Assembly (NCBI GenBank): GCA_036563615.1
Contig: DATCMB010000010.1
Coordinates: 7,516 to 71,515 of the forward strand
DNA: 64,000 nucleotides
Direction: 5' to 3'
Origin: Candidatus Binatia bacterium
GTDB lineage: Bacteria; Desulfobacterota; Binatia; UBA12015
Shown piece after piece: positions 1 through 9,345 of this stretch (its first letter is position 1; every line of letters starts with the position of its first letter). The translations under genes were made by a program, and so were the position numbers. The notes beneath the pieces are model-generated. The model was not told the DNA's origin, searched no databases, and was given only the letters and a program-made list of their open reading frames with translations.

Positions 1-2
1 AG

Positions 3-338
3 CAGATCGAGGGTCGCGACGCGGCGATCATCGAGCTCGAGCCGAAGAAGAAGGACGTCGGCTACCGGCGGATCCGGCTTGCGATCACCACGCCGGACAA
101 GGTTCTGCGCCGCATGGAGTTCTGGGCGGGGCAGGGGAGCGCGCCGAAGAAGCTGCTGCACCTCGACGACATCCGCGACGTGAACGGCATCCCGACCGCG
201 TTCCGGCTGGAGATGCTCCAGCCCGCGGCTGGCAGCCGGACGCTCGTCGAGGTGCTCGACGTCCGCTACGACCAGGGGCTCTCCGAGGACGAGTTCACGC
301 AGCGGGCGCTCGAGCGCGGGGCTCTCGATGACGAGTGA
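3..338 (+). CDS. LolA-like outer-membrane lipoprotein-sorting protein (DUF1329/LolA_3 family), C-terminal fragment; 5' end lies outside the window
   Basis: The reading frame is open from the window edge with no stop until 336-338. The translation ...VGYRRIRLAITTPDKVLRRMEFWAGQGSAPKKLLHLDDIRDVNGIPTAFRLEML... resembles the C-terminal region of outer-membrane lipoprotein-sorting proteins. The family call is from memory of the motif. Confidence 0.6.
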   Translation, partial: QIEGRDAAIIELEPKKKDVGYRRIRLAITTPDKVLRRMEFWAGQGSAPKKLLHLDDIRDVNGIPTAFRLEMLQPAAGSRTLVEVLDVRYDQGLSEDEFTQRALERGALDDE

Positions 339-1257
339 GCGTGGCTCCGGCCGTCGCGAAGGCCGCAGCACGGCGGCCGGTCGCGAACGGCGCGGGCGCG
401 GGCTGCTCGCGACGCTCGGCCGCGCGGCGGCGCTCGGTCGCGCGCTGCGACGCGAGCCCGAGGGCACGCCGAAGAGCGAAGCGCCGCCGCGGCCGCCGCT
501 CGACGCCCGCACGCTGACCCGTCTCGCGCGCCGCGCCGGAGCCATCGGTCTCACGCAGTTCCGCCGCGCTTCCGCGGAGCGCAGCGCCGCGGGCACGCTC
601 GTCACCGAGGCCGATCGCGAGATCGAGCGCTGGATCCGCAGCGAGATGGGCAGCGTCGCGCCCGACCTCGCGGTGATCGGCGAGGAGCTCGCGCCGACCG
701 GGAACGCGGCCGAGGGCTGGGCGCTCGCGGTCGACCCGATCGACGGCACCGAGGCCTACGTCGCGGGGCTGCCCACCTGGTCGGTCTCGCTCGGCTTGCT
801 CCATCGCGGCGTCCCGGTCGCGGGCGTGGTCTACCTGCCGGCGTTCGACGACCTCTACCTCGCGTACGGCGGCACGCTGCGCTGGAACGGCGTCGAGGTG
901 CCGCCGGGTGGCGTCGAGCCGCAGCACACGGGCTTCGTGCTCGCGTACTCGGAGTTCCACCGGCGTCCGCTGCTGCGTCTGCGCGGCAAGGTGCGCGCGC
1001 TCGGCTCGACCGCGTACCACCTGAGCCTGGTCGCGCGCGGCGCCGCGGAGGCGGCGATCATCGGCCGCGTGCGGGTCTGGGACGTGGCGGCCGGCAAGGC
1101 GCTGCTCGACGCCGTGGGCGGAGAGCTCGTCTACCTGCGCACCGGACAGCCGGTCGATCTCTCGGCGCTGCTGCACGGCGCGCCGACGCGTGACTTCATG
1201 GTCGCGGCGCGCGCCGGCGCGACGCAGCGGGTCTTGCAGCGCATCAAGCGTCGCTGA
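328..1257 (+). CDS. Inositol monophosphatase family protein (IMPase/SuhB/CysQ-like)
   Basis: Carries the DPIDGT metal-binding motif in ...WALAVDPIDGTEAYVAG... and the IMPase-fold succession (EEL, WDxAAG). The ATG at 328 overlaps the upstream stop. An arginine-rich 50-aa N-terminus makes the true start uncertain. Confidence 0.75.
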   Translation: MTSERGSGRREGRSTAAGRERRGRGLLATLGRAAALGRALRREPEGTPKSEAPPRPPLDARTLTRLARRAGAIGLTQFRRASAERSAAGTLVTEADREIERWIRSEMGSVAPDLAVIGEELAPTGNAAEGWALAVDPIDGTEAYVAGLPTWSVSLGLLHRGVPVAGVVYLPAFDDLYLAYGGTLRWNGVEVPPGGVEPQHTGFVLAYSEFHRRPLLRLRGKVRALGSTAYHLSLVARGAAEAAIIGRVRVWDVAAGKALLDAVGGELVYLRTGQPVDLSALLHGAPTRDFMVAARAGATQRVLQRIKRR

Positions 1258-1328
1258 GTCGCGTGATGCGGCTTGCGCGCTCCGACGCGCGCGGGCAATA
1301 ACGAGCGCTCCTCCGGATCACCCGTTCC

Positions 1329-2876
1329 ATGCCACCAGCGAGCGACAACTCCTTCCCGGGGGACGACCGGCTGCTTCGGGTTCTCCTGCCCATCAGCGTG
1401 TTCGTCTCCGGCGCCGTGGTGATGATCGTCGAGGTGCTGTGCACGCGGCTCATCGCCCCGGTCTACGGGACGAGTTTGCACGTGTGGTCGGCGACCATCG
1501 CGGTCACGCTGCTCGCGCTGTCGGTCGGCTACTGGATCGGCGGCCGGGTCGCCGATCGTTACCCGCGGGCGTCGACGTACTTCCTGGTCTTCGAGCTCGC
1601 CGCGCTGCTGATCGTGCTGCTGCCGCTCCTGCGCGAGCCGATTTTGGACTTTACGCAGCCCCTCGGTCTGCGCGGCGGCGCGCTCGGCGCGGCGGTGCTC
1701 TTTCTCGGCGCTCCGCTGACGCTGCTCGGCATGATCTCGCCGTATGCGGTGCGCCTCGCGACGCACGTGCTGACCGACCTCGGCCGCACCGCGGGACGCC
1801 TCTACGCGCTGTCGACCGCGGGCAGCCTGATCGGCACGCTGCTCGCGGGCTTCTACCTGATCCCGAGCTTCCGGCTACGCTCGGTGTTCCTGGGCTCGGC
1901 GCTCTTCCTGGTGGTGCCGGCGGTCGCCTACCAGGCCCTGGCGGCGCGGCGGCACCTCGCGATGCTCGCGCTGGTGCTGGCGGCGTGCGGCCTCGTCGCC
2001 GCGAGCCCGACCGCGACGGCGGAGGGCATCCGGCACGTCGAGGAGTCGCACTTCGGGCAGCTCAAGGTGCTCGACTCCGGCGGCGCGCGCACGATGCTCG
2101 TCAACGGCACGATCCAGACGCAGACGATCGCCGGCACCAACGTCGCGATCACGGCGTACGCGCCGATCCTCACCGAGCTCGCGTGGCGCGCGCGTCCGCA
2201 CGGACGGCGCGCGCTGATCGTCGGGCTCGGGGGCGGCGTGCTGGTGCCGCTGTTCAACGCGCTCGGCGTCAAGTGCCAGATCGTCGAGATCGACCCGAAG
2301 ATCGTCGACGTGGCGCGCGAGTACTTCGCGTTCGATCCGCGGCGGACGCCGGTCGCGATCGCCGACGGTCGGCAGTTCCTGGCCAGCACGGACGACCGCT
2401 ACGACTACATCATCCTCGACGCGTTCGCGGGCGAGGTGCTGCCGGTGCACCTGCTGACCCGCGAGATGGTGGCGCTGCTCGACGAGCGGCTCGCCAAGCG
2501 CGGCGTCGTGGTGCTGAACTACCTCGGCTACCGCGAGGGCGAGCGCGCGCGCCCGCTGCGCTCGGTGGTGCGGACGCTCGAGACGCGCTTCCCGCACGTC
2601 GTCGTCTACCCGAGCTACCCGCCGGGCGACTACGGCAACAACATCGTGCTCGCGGCGCGCGAGCCGATCGAGCTGCGCGGCGGGCCGCGTCCGTTCCCGG
2701 TGCCGCCGTGGCTCGAGGAGCAGGTGCGCGTCCAGCCGCCGCTCGACGTCACCGGCGACGCGATCGTCCTGAGCGACGACTACAACCCGCTCGACCTCTG
2801 GGCGGTCGACGCCGCGGAGGCCTGGCGGCGCTCCGCGCTCCACACGTTCTCGCGCGAAGTCCTCTACGCCGAGTGA
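1329..2876 (+). CDS. Fused MFS-like membrane domain / spermidine-synthase-like protein (polyamine aminopropyltransferase fold)
   Basis: The N-terminal ~200 aa has about 7 hydrophobic helices. The C-terminal domain has an SAM/dcSAM-binding-like GLGGG motif and the IILDAF motif typical of spermidine synthase-like proteins. Confidence 0.8.
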   Translation: MPPASDNSFPGDDRLLRVLLPISVFVSGAVVMIVEVLCTRLIAPVYGTSLHVWSATIAVTLLALSVGYWIGGRVADRYPRASTYFLVFELAALLIVLLPLLREPILDFTQPLGLRGGALGAAVLFLGAPLTLLGMISPYAVRLATHVLTDLGRTAGRLYALSTAGSLIGTLLAGFYLIPSFRLRSVFLGSALFLVVPAVAYQALAARRHLAMLALVLAACGLVAASPTATAEGIRHVEESHFGQLKVLDSGGARTMLVNGTIQTQTIAGTNVAITAYAPILTELAWRARPHGRRALIVGLGGGVLVPLFNALGVKCQIVEIDPKIVDVAREYFAFDPRRTPVAIADGRQFLASTDDRYDYIILDAFAGEVLPVHLLTREMVALLDERLAKRGVVVLNYLGYREGERARPLRSVVRTLETRFPHVVVYPSYPPGDYGNNIVLAAREPIELRGGPRPFPVPPWLEEQVRVQPPLDVTGDAIVLSDDYNPLDLWAVDAAEAWRRSALHTFSREVLYAE

Positions 2877-3646
2877 GCGGCCGCCGTCTGCTCCTCCTGC
2901 CAGGGGAGTGGCACGCGGCGGTAGCTCCCCTGACACGGCGCGCGCGAGGAGTGCAGGAAGCGGAACCCGCCGCGGTCGTCGGCGAGCAGGATGCTCGACG
3001 AGCGCGTGCCGAAGGCGTCGGTGTGGATGCAGAGCTGATCGGTCGGCGCGCGGTCGTCGAGCGCGGTCAGATGGTCGCCCAGCACCTCGTGCAGCCCGGC
3101 GACGAGCGCGCTCCGATCGCGCGTCTCGATGAAGCGCGTCGCGAGCGCCTGGAAGCGCTGCGCCGAGCGCGAGATGCGCGGGCAGGTGCCGTCGTTCAGG
3201 TCGAGGTTGCTGAGCAGGTGCGTGCCGGGCGGCAGCTCCTCCACCACGACTCCCTCGCTGCGGTTCTGCGCGACGATCGCGCTCGAGCGGTCGGCGACGA
3301 GGATGTTGAACGGGTTGTGCGCGTCGGGCGGCACTTCGCGCAGCAGCGCCGCCGCGGCCTCGACCGACTCGGCGCGGGCGAGCGTGACGCAGAGCTCGCC
3401 GCGCGACTTGCGGGTCGGGTCGGGCGGCTGCGTCGACCGGCGGTTCAGCACCCCGACCACCATCTCGCGCGAGCTCACCGCGAGCCACGAGCCGCCGGCC
3501 ACCAGGTCACGTCCGCCGATCACCGTCGGCTCGGACGCGAGCAGGGTGGGGCGCTCGGCGGGCCGGGCGTAGAACTCGTCGCGGTTCGCCGCCACGACGA
3601 GCGGCAGCCCCGGCAGGACGCGCGTCATCACGGCGAGCGTGCACAT
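2864..3646 (-). CDS. NRDE family protein (TANGO2-like, DUF833)
   Basis: Contains the N-terminal MCT...VVAANRDEFYARP signature of NRDE/TANGO2 proteins. The ORF track begins 43 codons upstream at a GTG; the start chosen here is the conserved Met-Cys start. Confidence 0.7.
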   Translation of the reverse strand: MCTLAVMTRVLPGLPLVVAANRDEFYARPAERPTLLASEPTVIGGRDLVAGGSWLAVSSREMVVGVLNRRSTQPPDPTRKSRGELCVTLARAESVEAAAALLREVPPDAHNPFNILVADRSSAIVAQNRSEGVVVEELPPGTHLLSNLDLNDGTCPRISRSAQRFQALATRFIETRDRSALVAGLHEVLGDHLTALDDRAPTDQLCIHTDAFGTRSSSILLADDRGGFRFLHSSRAPCQGSYRRVPLPWQEEQTAAAHSA

Positions 3647-3865
3647 GGCAGGCGTCATAGTCGCCTGGGCCGCTGGCGCAAGCGTCGCGGGTACGTGGCG
3701 AGCGCGGGGGAGCGTGCAGGGCAGGCGGCCGGCGACCCGACGGGTCTCGGCGCGGTGCGCGGACCAAGCTTCCACGGGCCTGGAGTCGCGCGCCTCGATT
3801 CAGAGTTTCCATGGCAGGGCGGCTGTGTTACCCGGACTCATCCGGGCCCGCCCCGACTCTCGCCC

Positions 3866-4834
3866 ATGTTTTCGAGCATCGACGACGTCGTCCAACGATT
3901 CGCTGCCGAGAAGTACATCTGCAGTCGCACGATCGCGACCGTGGTGTACCTCGCCACCCAGATGCGCAAGCCGATCCTGGTCGAAGGGCCGGCTGGCGTT
4001 GGCAAGACCGAGCTCGCCAAGGTCGCGGCGCGCTGCCTCGGCCACGAGCTGATCCGCCTGCAGTGCTACGAGGGCCTCGACGAGGCCAAGGCGCTGTACG
4101 AGTGGGAGTACGGCAAGCAGCTGCTCTACACCCAGATCCTGAAGGACAAGATCGGGGAGGTGCTCGCCGGCACGACGACGCTCAAGGAAGCGGTCGAGCG
4201 CATCTCGGCGCAGGACGGCGTTTTCTTCTCGGAGAGGTTCATCCTGCCGCGTCCGCTGCTGCGCGCGATCACGTCGGAGAAGCCGGTCGTCCTGCTGGTC
4301 GACGAGATCGACAAGTCGGACGCCGAGTTCGAGGCCTTCCTGCTCGAGATCCTGAGCGATTTCCAGGTCAGCGTTCCCGAGCTCGGCACGATCACGGCGC
4401 GTCAAGTGCCGCTCGTCGTGCTGACCAGCAACAACAGCCGCGAGGTCTCCGACGCGCTCAAGCGCCGCTGCCTGCACCTCTTCATCGACTACCCGTCGCA
4501 GCAGCAGGAGCTCGAGATCATCAAGCTCAAGGTTCCGGAGGTCTCGGAGGCGCTCGCGGCGGACGTCGTCGCGGTCGTGCAGGCGGTGCGCAAGCTCGAC
4601 CTCAAGAAGTCGCCGAGCATCAGCGAGACGCTCGACTGGGCGCGGGCGCTCGCTCTGCTCAACGTCGAGACGCTCGGCGAGGAGCTGGTCAACGACACGC
4701 TGACCACGATCTTCAAGTACGAGGGCGACGTGCGAAAGGCGCAGACCGAGCTGCGCGAGTACATGGCCCGCCAGAAGGCGCGCGCCCGGACCGAGGGGCA
4801 GCCCGACCCCGCGGACAAGGACGTCCTGCACTGA
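3866..4834 (+). CDS. MoxR/CoxD-like AAA+ ATPase (AAA_5 family)
   Basis: Found as an internal ATG-initiated 322-aa segment of the spanning ORF 1190..4834. Carries Walker A ILVEGPAGVGKTELAK and Walker B VLLVDEIDK motifs. Has the typical MoxR size, and is followed 20 nt later by a VWA gene. Confidence 0.85.
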   Translation: MFSSIDDVVQRFAAEKYICSRTIATVVYLATQMRKPILVEGPAGVGKTELAKVAARCLGHELIRLQCYEGLDEAKALYEWEYGKQLLYTQILKDKIGEVLAGTTTLKEAVERISAQDGVFFSERFILPRPLLRAITSEKPVVLLVDEIDKSDAEFEAFLLEILSDFQVSVPELGTITARQVPLVVLTSNNSREVSDALKRRCLHLFIDYPSQQQELEIIKLKVPEVSEALAADVVAVVQAVRKLDLKKSPSISETLDWARALALLNVETLGEELVNDTLTTIFKYEGDVRKAQTELREYMARQKARARTEGQPDPADKDVLH

Positions 4835-4854
4835 CGACGGTGTAGGCCTCCTCC

Positions 4855-6276
4855 GTGGAAGCGAAGATCATCGAGTTCGCGGGGCTTCTTCGGCGCCACG
4901 GGCTCCGGATCTCCCCCGCGGAATCGCTCGACGCGCTGAACGCCCTCGAGGGCACGGGCGTCGCGACGCGCGAGGTCGTCAAGGACGTCCTGCGCGCGAC
5001 GATGGTCAAGCGCGCGACCGATCTGCCAACCTTCGAGGAGCTCTTCGACCTCTACTTCTCGGCGCTCGGCGAGGCGATCCGCGAGAGCACCGAGCAGACG
5101 GCCGCGGCCGTCGCCGGCTCGCTCGCCGACTACCAGAAACTGCTCGAGCAGCTCGAGGAGCTGCTGCGCAAGCGTCAAGAGCAGGGGCAGGAGCTCTCGG
5201 AGCTCGCCAAGGCGCTGCTGCGTCACGACGACGGGACGCTCGAGCGCAGGATGCGCGAGGCGGCGGAGAGCGTGCGCTCGAGCTCGGGCGAGCGCAGCAG
5301 GCAGGAAGGGCAGATCGGCCACGCGCTCGGCGAGCAGCTTCGCCTGGGCGAGGTCATGCGCGAGCTCGAAGGGCTGTCGGAGCAGCTCGAGGAGCTCGGC
5401 GTCGACGGCGAGACCGCAGCCAAGCTGCGCGAGCTCATCAAGCGTCGCCTCGCGGACCTCGCCGATCTGATCAAGCGCGCCGCGCGTCTCGAGGTGGCGC
5501 GCGAGAAGCCGAAGCCGCGCGATCCCACGGGGCTCCAGACGCTCGCCGAGAAGAGCTTCTACTATCTCACCGAGGACGAGATCCGCCGGATGAAGGAGGC
5601 GGTGACGCGGCTCGCGCAGCGCCTCAAGCACGTCGTCTCGATCAAGCGTCAGCAGGCGAAGCGCGGCAAGTTCGATCTGCAGCGCACGCTGCGGCACAAC
5701 ACGCAGTACGGCGGCGTGCCGTTCGACGTGCACTTCGATCGCCGCAAGAAGAACCGTCCGCAGATCGTCGTCATGTGCGACGTCTCGGACTCGGTGCGCA
5801 ACGTGTCGCGCTTCATGCTGCAGTTCGTCTACTCGCTGCAGGACCTGTACTCGAAGGTGCGAAGCTTCATCTTCGTCGCCGACGTCGGCGAGGTGACGAA
5901 GCTCTTCGAGGAGCACGACATCAACCAGGCGATCGACCTCTCGCTGCGCGGCGACGTGATCAACGTGTTCGCGCACTCCGACTTCGGCCGCGCCTTCAAG
6001 AGCTTCCACCGCGATCACCTGGCGGCGATCAACCGGCGCACGACCTTCATCGTCCTCGGCGACGCGCGCAACAACTACAACCTGCCGCACGAGTGGGTGC
6101 TGCGGGACATCCAGCGCAAGGCGAAGCAGGTGATCTGGCTCAATCCCGAGAGCAAGACGACCTGGGGCTTCGGCGACAGCGAGATGGACCGCTACATGCC
6201 GTTTTGCGACGTGGTCGAGGAGTGCCGGAATCTGAACCAGCTCTACCGCGTCATCGATCGCCTGGTCGTGTCCTGA
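4855..6276 (+). CDS. VWA domain protein, CoxE-like (MoxR partner)
   Basis: C-terminal VWA domain with a MIDAS-like DVSDS motif (IVVMCDVSDSVRN) and a coiled-coil-rich N-terminal half. The gene order MoxR-then-VWA is classic. Confidence 0.85.
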   Translation: MEAKIIEFAGLLRRHGLRISPAESLDALNALEGTGVATREVVKDVLRATMVKRATDLPTFEELFDLYFSALGEAIRESTEQTAAAVAGSLADYQKLLEQLEELLRKRQEQGQELSELAKALLRHDDGTLERRMREAAESVRSSSGERSRQEGQIGHALGEQLRLGEVMRELEGLSEQLEELGVDGETAAKLRELIKRRLADLADLIKRAARLEVAREKPKPRDPTGLQTLAEKSFYYLTEDEIRRMKEAVTRLAQRLKHVVSIKRQQAKRGKFDLQRTLRHNTQYGGVPFDVHFDRRKKNRPQIVVMCDVSDSVRNVSRFMLQFVYSLQDLYSKVRSFIFVADVGEVTKLFEEHDINQAIDLSLRGDVINVFAHSDFGRAFKSFHRDHLAAINRRTTFIVLGDARNNYNLPHEWVLRDIQRKAKQVIWLNPESKTTWGFGDSEMDRYMPFCDVVEECRNLNQLYRVIDRLVVS

Positions 6277-6363
6277 GCGCCCCGTCCGCACCCGGGTCGA
6301 GCGTTGACCCGGGGGACGCCGGTGGCTAGGAATGAAGCGGTGAGCCGCGAGGATTTCATTCTC

Positions 6364-6855
6364 ATGAGCGTGGGCGGCCTGACGCTCGACCCGGTCACGA
6401 AGACCCCCATCGTCGTGCTCCGGGACTCCGAGAACAAGCTGAACCTGCCGATCTGGATTGGACTCCTCGAGGCGACCGCCATGGCCACCGAGCTCGAAGG
6501 CATCAAGATGGCGCGTCCCATGACGCACGACCTGCTGAACTCGATCATCAGCGAGCTCGGGGCCGCCGTCGAGTCGGTCGAGGTCAACGACCTCCGCGAC
6601 AACACGTTCTTCGCTCGAGTGCGGCTACGGCATGACGATCGGGTGCTCGAGGTCGACTCGCGGCCGAGCGACGCGATCTCGCTCGCGCTGCGCACCAAGA
6701 GCCCGATCTACGTCGCGAAGAAGGTGCTCGAGCAGTCGAGCGTCTTGCAGCAGGCGGAGGAGGAGAAGGAGCAGAATCTCTCCAACGTCTCGCGCGACAA
6801 GTGGGCCGAAATCCTCGAGAAGATGGTTCCCGAGGACTTCAAGTACAAAATGTAA
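6364..6855 (+). CDS. Bifunctional nuclease family protein (BFN/DUF151)
   Basis: MSVGGLTLDPVTKTPIVVLRD...LPIWIG..EA.A....ARP.THDL is the BFN-domain pattern. An ATG with a GAGGA Shine-Dalgarno sequence about 10 nt upstream is preferred over the TTG at 6304 that the ORF track used. Confidence 0.7.
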   Translation: MSVGGLTLDPVTKTPIVVLRDSENKLNLPIWIGLLEATAMATELEGIKMARPMTHDLLNSIISELGAAVESVEVNDLRDNTFFARVRLRHDDRVLEVDSRPSDAISLALRTKSPIYVAKKVLEQSSVLQQAEEEKEQNLSNVSRDKWAEILEKMVPEDFKYKM

Positions 6856-6884
6856 CGGGGCAGGGCACGGAACCCCGCAAGCAC

Positions 6885-7640
6885 ATGACCCAGGCCGCGT
6901 CGACCACCACGAAGCGCGAGCGCTTCCGCCGCAAGGACCTACGCCAGCCCGACGAGTTCATCTCGCTGTCGCGTCGTGCGATCGAGTGGGGCCAGCAGAA
7001 CCTGCGCCTCGTCCAGATCGGCGCGGCGGGACTGCTCGGTGTCCTGCTGCTCGTCGGCGCGATCACCTGGTACGTCCAGGCGCGTGCCGAGCGCGCGGCG
7101 CGCGCGTACTACGGCGCCAACGAGCTGTTCAAGCGCGAGCAGTGGGGCGAGGCGTACGAGAGCTTCCGTGCGGTCGCGAACGACTACGGCAGCACCTCGT
7201 ACGGCAGGCTCGCGAAGCTCTACGCCGGACGCGCCGCGATGAAGGCGGGCAAGCCCGCCGAGGCGGTGCCGATGCTGCGCGAGTTCGCGAACCAGGCGCC
7301 GGATCCGGCGCTCGAGCAGCTGGCGCTCGTCGAGCTCGCCGCGGCGCTCGAGGCGAGCGGTGACGCGTCGAGCGCGCGCACCGAGCTCGAGCGCGCGGTG
7401 GCCATCGACGGTCCGGCGAAGCCCGAAGCGCAGATCTCGCTCGCGCGGCTCGCGGAGGCGGCAGGCGAGAAGGACAAGGCGATCGAGCTCTACCAGAAGT
7501 ACCTCGAGGAAGACCCCGACGGCGCTTCCGCCGAGCTCGCGCGCATGCGTCTCGTCGGGCTCGGCGTCACGCCGCCGCCGGCGCCGCCCAGCCTGGGCTT
7601 CCCGGGCGGCATGTCGATGCCGCAGATCCAGATCCAGTAG
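6885..7640 (+). CDS. YfgM-like tetratricopeptide membrane-anchored protein (UPF0070-like)
   Basis: Short cytoplasmic N-terminus, a single TM helix (IGAAGLLGVLLLVGAITWY), then a TPR-like periplasmic domain. The ATG at 6885 avoids overlap with the BFN gene. Confidence 0.65.
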   Translation: MTQAASTTTKRERFRRKDLRQPDEFISLSRRAIEWGQQNLRLVQIGAAGLLGVLLLVGAITWYVQARAERAARAYYGANELFKREQWGEAYESFRAVANDYGSTSYGRLAKLYAGRAAMKAGKPAEAVPMLREFANQAPDPALEQLALVELAAALEASGDASSARTELERAVAIDGPAKPEAQISLARLAEAAGEKDKAIELYQKYLEEDPDGASAELARMRLVGLGVTPPPAPPSLGFPGGMSMPQIQIQ

Positions 7641-7691
7641 CGCGCTCAGGGTCGCGGTCGGCACGGCCCGCGACGCCGGGAGGCCCGACCG

Positions 7692-9125
7692 ATGGACGAC
7701 GTTCTCCAGCTCGACGCGACCGCCCAGGCGGAGCTCGTTCGCCGCCGTGAGATCTCGCCGACCGAGCTCGTCGACGCGGCCATCGCGCGCATCGGGCGTC
7801 TCGACCCGAAGATCAACGCCGTCATCCTGCCGAGCTTCGAGAAGGCGCGCGCCCAGGCCGCGTCGCGCGATCTTCCGGACGGACCGTTCCGCGGCGTTCC
7901 GTTCCTGCTCAAGGACCTCGGCGGACAGTCGGCCGGCGACCCGTACTGCGCCGGAACGCGCATCCTGCGCGACCTCGGGCGACGCGAGGAGGCGGACTCG
8001 TACTTCACGGCGAAGCTCCGCGCCGCGGGCTTCTGCTTCGTCGGACGCAGCAACACGCCGGAGCTCGGACTCCTGCCGACCACCGAGCCCGAGGCCTTCG
8101 GCGCGACGCGCAATCCCTGGAACCTCGAGCATTCGCCCGGCGGCTCGAGCGGCGGCTCCGCGGCGGCCGTCGCCGCCGGCATGGTGTCGATCGCGCACGC
8201 GAGCGACGGCGGCGGCTCGATCCGCATCCCGGCGAGCCACTGCGGTCTCGTCGGCCTGAAGCCGACGCGCGCTCGCAGCTCGTTCGGACCGGACGCCGGC
8301 GAGCGCTGGAGCGGGCTCTCGTGCGAGCTCGTCGTCGCGCGCAGCGTGCGCGACGTGGCGGCGGTGCTCGACGTCGTCGCGGGCCCGATGCCCGGCGATC
8401 CGTACTTCGCGCCGCCGCCGCGCGAGCCGTTCGTGAAGGCGCTCGCGCGCCGCGAGCGGCTGCGCATCGGGCTCATGACCGAGGGGCCGCGCGGCGTCGC
8501 GGTGCACCCCGGGTGCGTCGCCGCGGCCGAGAAAGCCGCGCGCGTCCTCGAGGACCTCGGCCACGTCGTCGAGCGCTCGCATCCCGCGGCGCTGCACGAT
8601 CCGTCGGGCGTCGAGAGCCTCGTCGTGCTGATCGGCGTCAACACCGTCCGCACGCTCGAGGTCTACGAGGAGATGGCCGGCCGCAAGCTCGGCCCGGACG
8701 ACATGGAGCCGCTCACCTGGGCGCTCGCCCAGGCGATGCGCGAGCGGCGCGCCTCGGAGCTGCTGGCCGCGCAGCAGAAGGTGCACGCGTTCTCGCGCCG
8801 CATGGCCGCCTGGTGGGAGGAGGGCTTCGACGTGCTCGTCACGCCGACCACCGCCGAGCCGCCGCCGCGCCTCGGCTGGCTGACCTCGACCCGCGAGGAG
8901 CCGTTCCGGGCGTTCGCGCGCGCTGCGAGCTTCACGGCGTACACGTCGGCGTTCAACCTGACGGGTCAGCCCGCGATCTCGCTGCCGCTGCACGTGACCG
9001 CCGACGGACTGCCGGTCGGCGCGCAGCTCGTCGCCGCGTACGGACGCGAGGACGTGCTCTTGAGCCTCGCTGCGGCGATCGAGGAAGCGGCGCCGTGGGC
9101 GGATCGGCGTCCGCGGCTCGAGTGA
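7692..9125 (+). CDS. Amidase (amidase-signature family)
   Basis: Carries the [14 protein letters not shown] amidase-signature motif with catalytic Ser and Lys context. A GGGAGG Shine-Dalgarno sequence precedes the ATG. Confidence 0.9.
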   Translation: MDDVLQLDATAQAELVRRREISPTELVDAAIARIGRLDPKINAVILPSFEKARAQAASRDLPDGPFRGVPFLLKDLGGQSAGDPYCAGTRILRDLGRREEADSYFTAKLRAAGFCFVGRSNTPELGLLPTTEPEAFGATRNPWNLEHSPGGSSGGSAAAVAAGMVSIAHASDGGGSIRIPASHCGLVGLKPTRARSSFGPDAGERWSGLSCELVVARSVRDVAAVLDVVAGPMPGDPYFAPPPREPFVKALARRERLRIGLMTEGPRGVAVHPGCVAAAEKAARVLEDLGHVVERSHPAALHDPSGVESLVVLIGVNTVRTLEVYEEMAGRKLGPDDMEPLTWALAQAMRERRASELLAAQQKVHAFSRRMAAWWEEGFDVLVTPTTAEPPPRLGWLTSTREEPFRAFARAASFTAYTSAFNLTGQPAISLPLHVTADGLPVGAQLVAAYGREDVLLSLAAAIEEAAPWADRRPRLE

Positions 9126-9345
9126 CGACGCCGTAGCCGCGCGCGGCGGGAGGCTGCGCTCAGCAGCCCTGGTAGGCCCGTCTTTTCCAGCACTTGGAGC
9201 CGGCATCGGCCGCCCCAGAACGTCCGATAAGAGAGATTATGACAAATACCCTCCTGTGGGTTGGGCGCACGGAAAACCCTACTCCCCCGGTGGGCTCGGC
9301 GCTGAAACCTGCACGGAGGTCACCGTCTAGCCTCGTCGCGGAAGC

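Noticed and set aside
1190-4834. 1214-aa ORF spanning IMPase, the spermidine-synthase-like gene, NRDE (antisense) and MoxR
   Set aside because: High-GC read-through artefact. Only its last 322 codons (3866..4834, ATG-initiated) form a coherent protein (MoxR ATPase). Upstream it is out of frame or antisense to well-supported genes.
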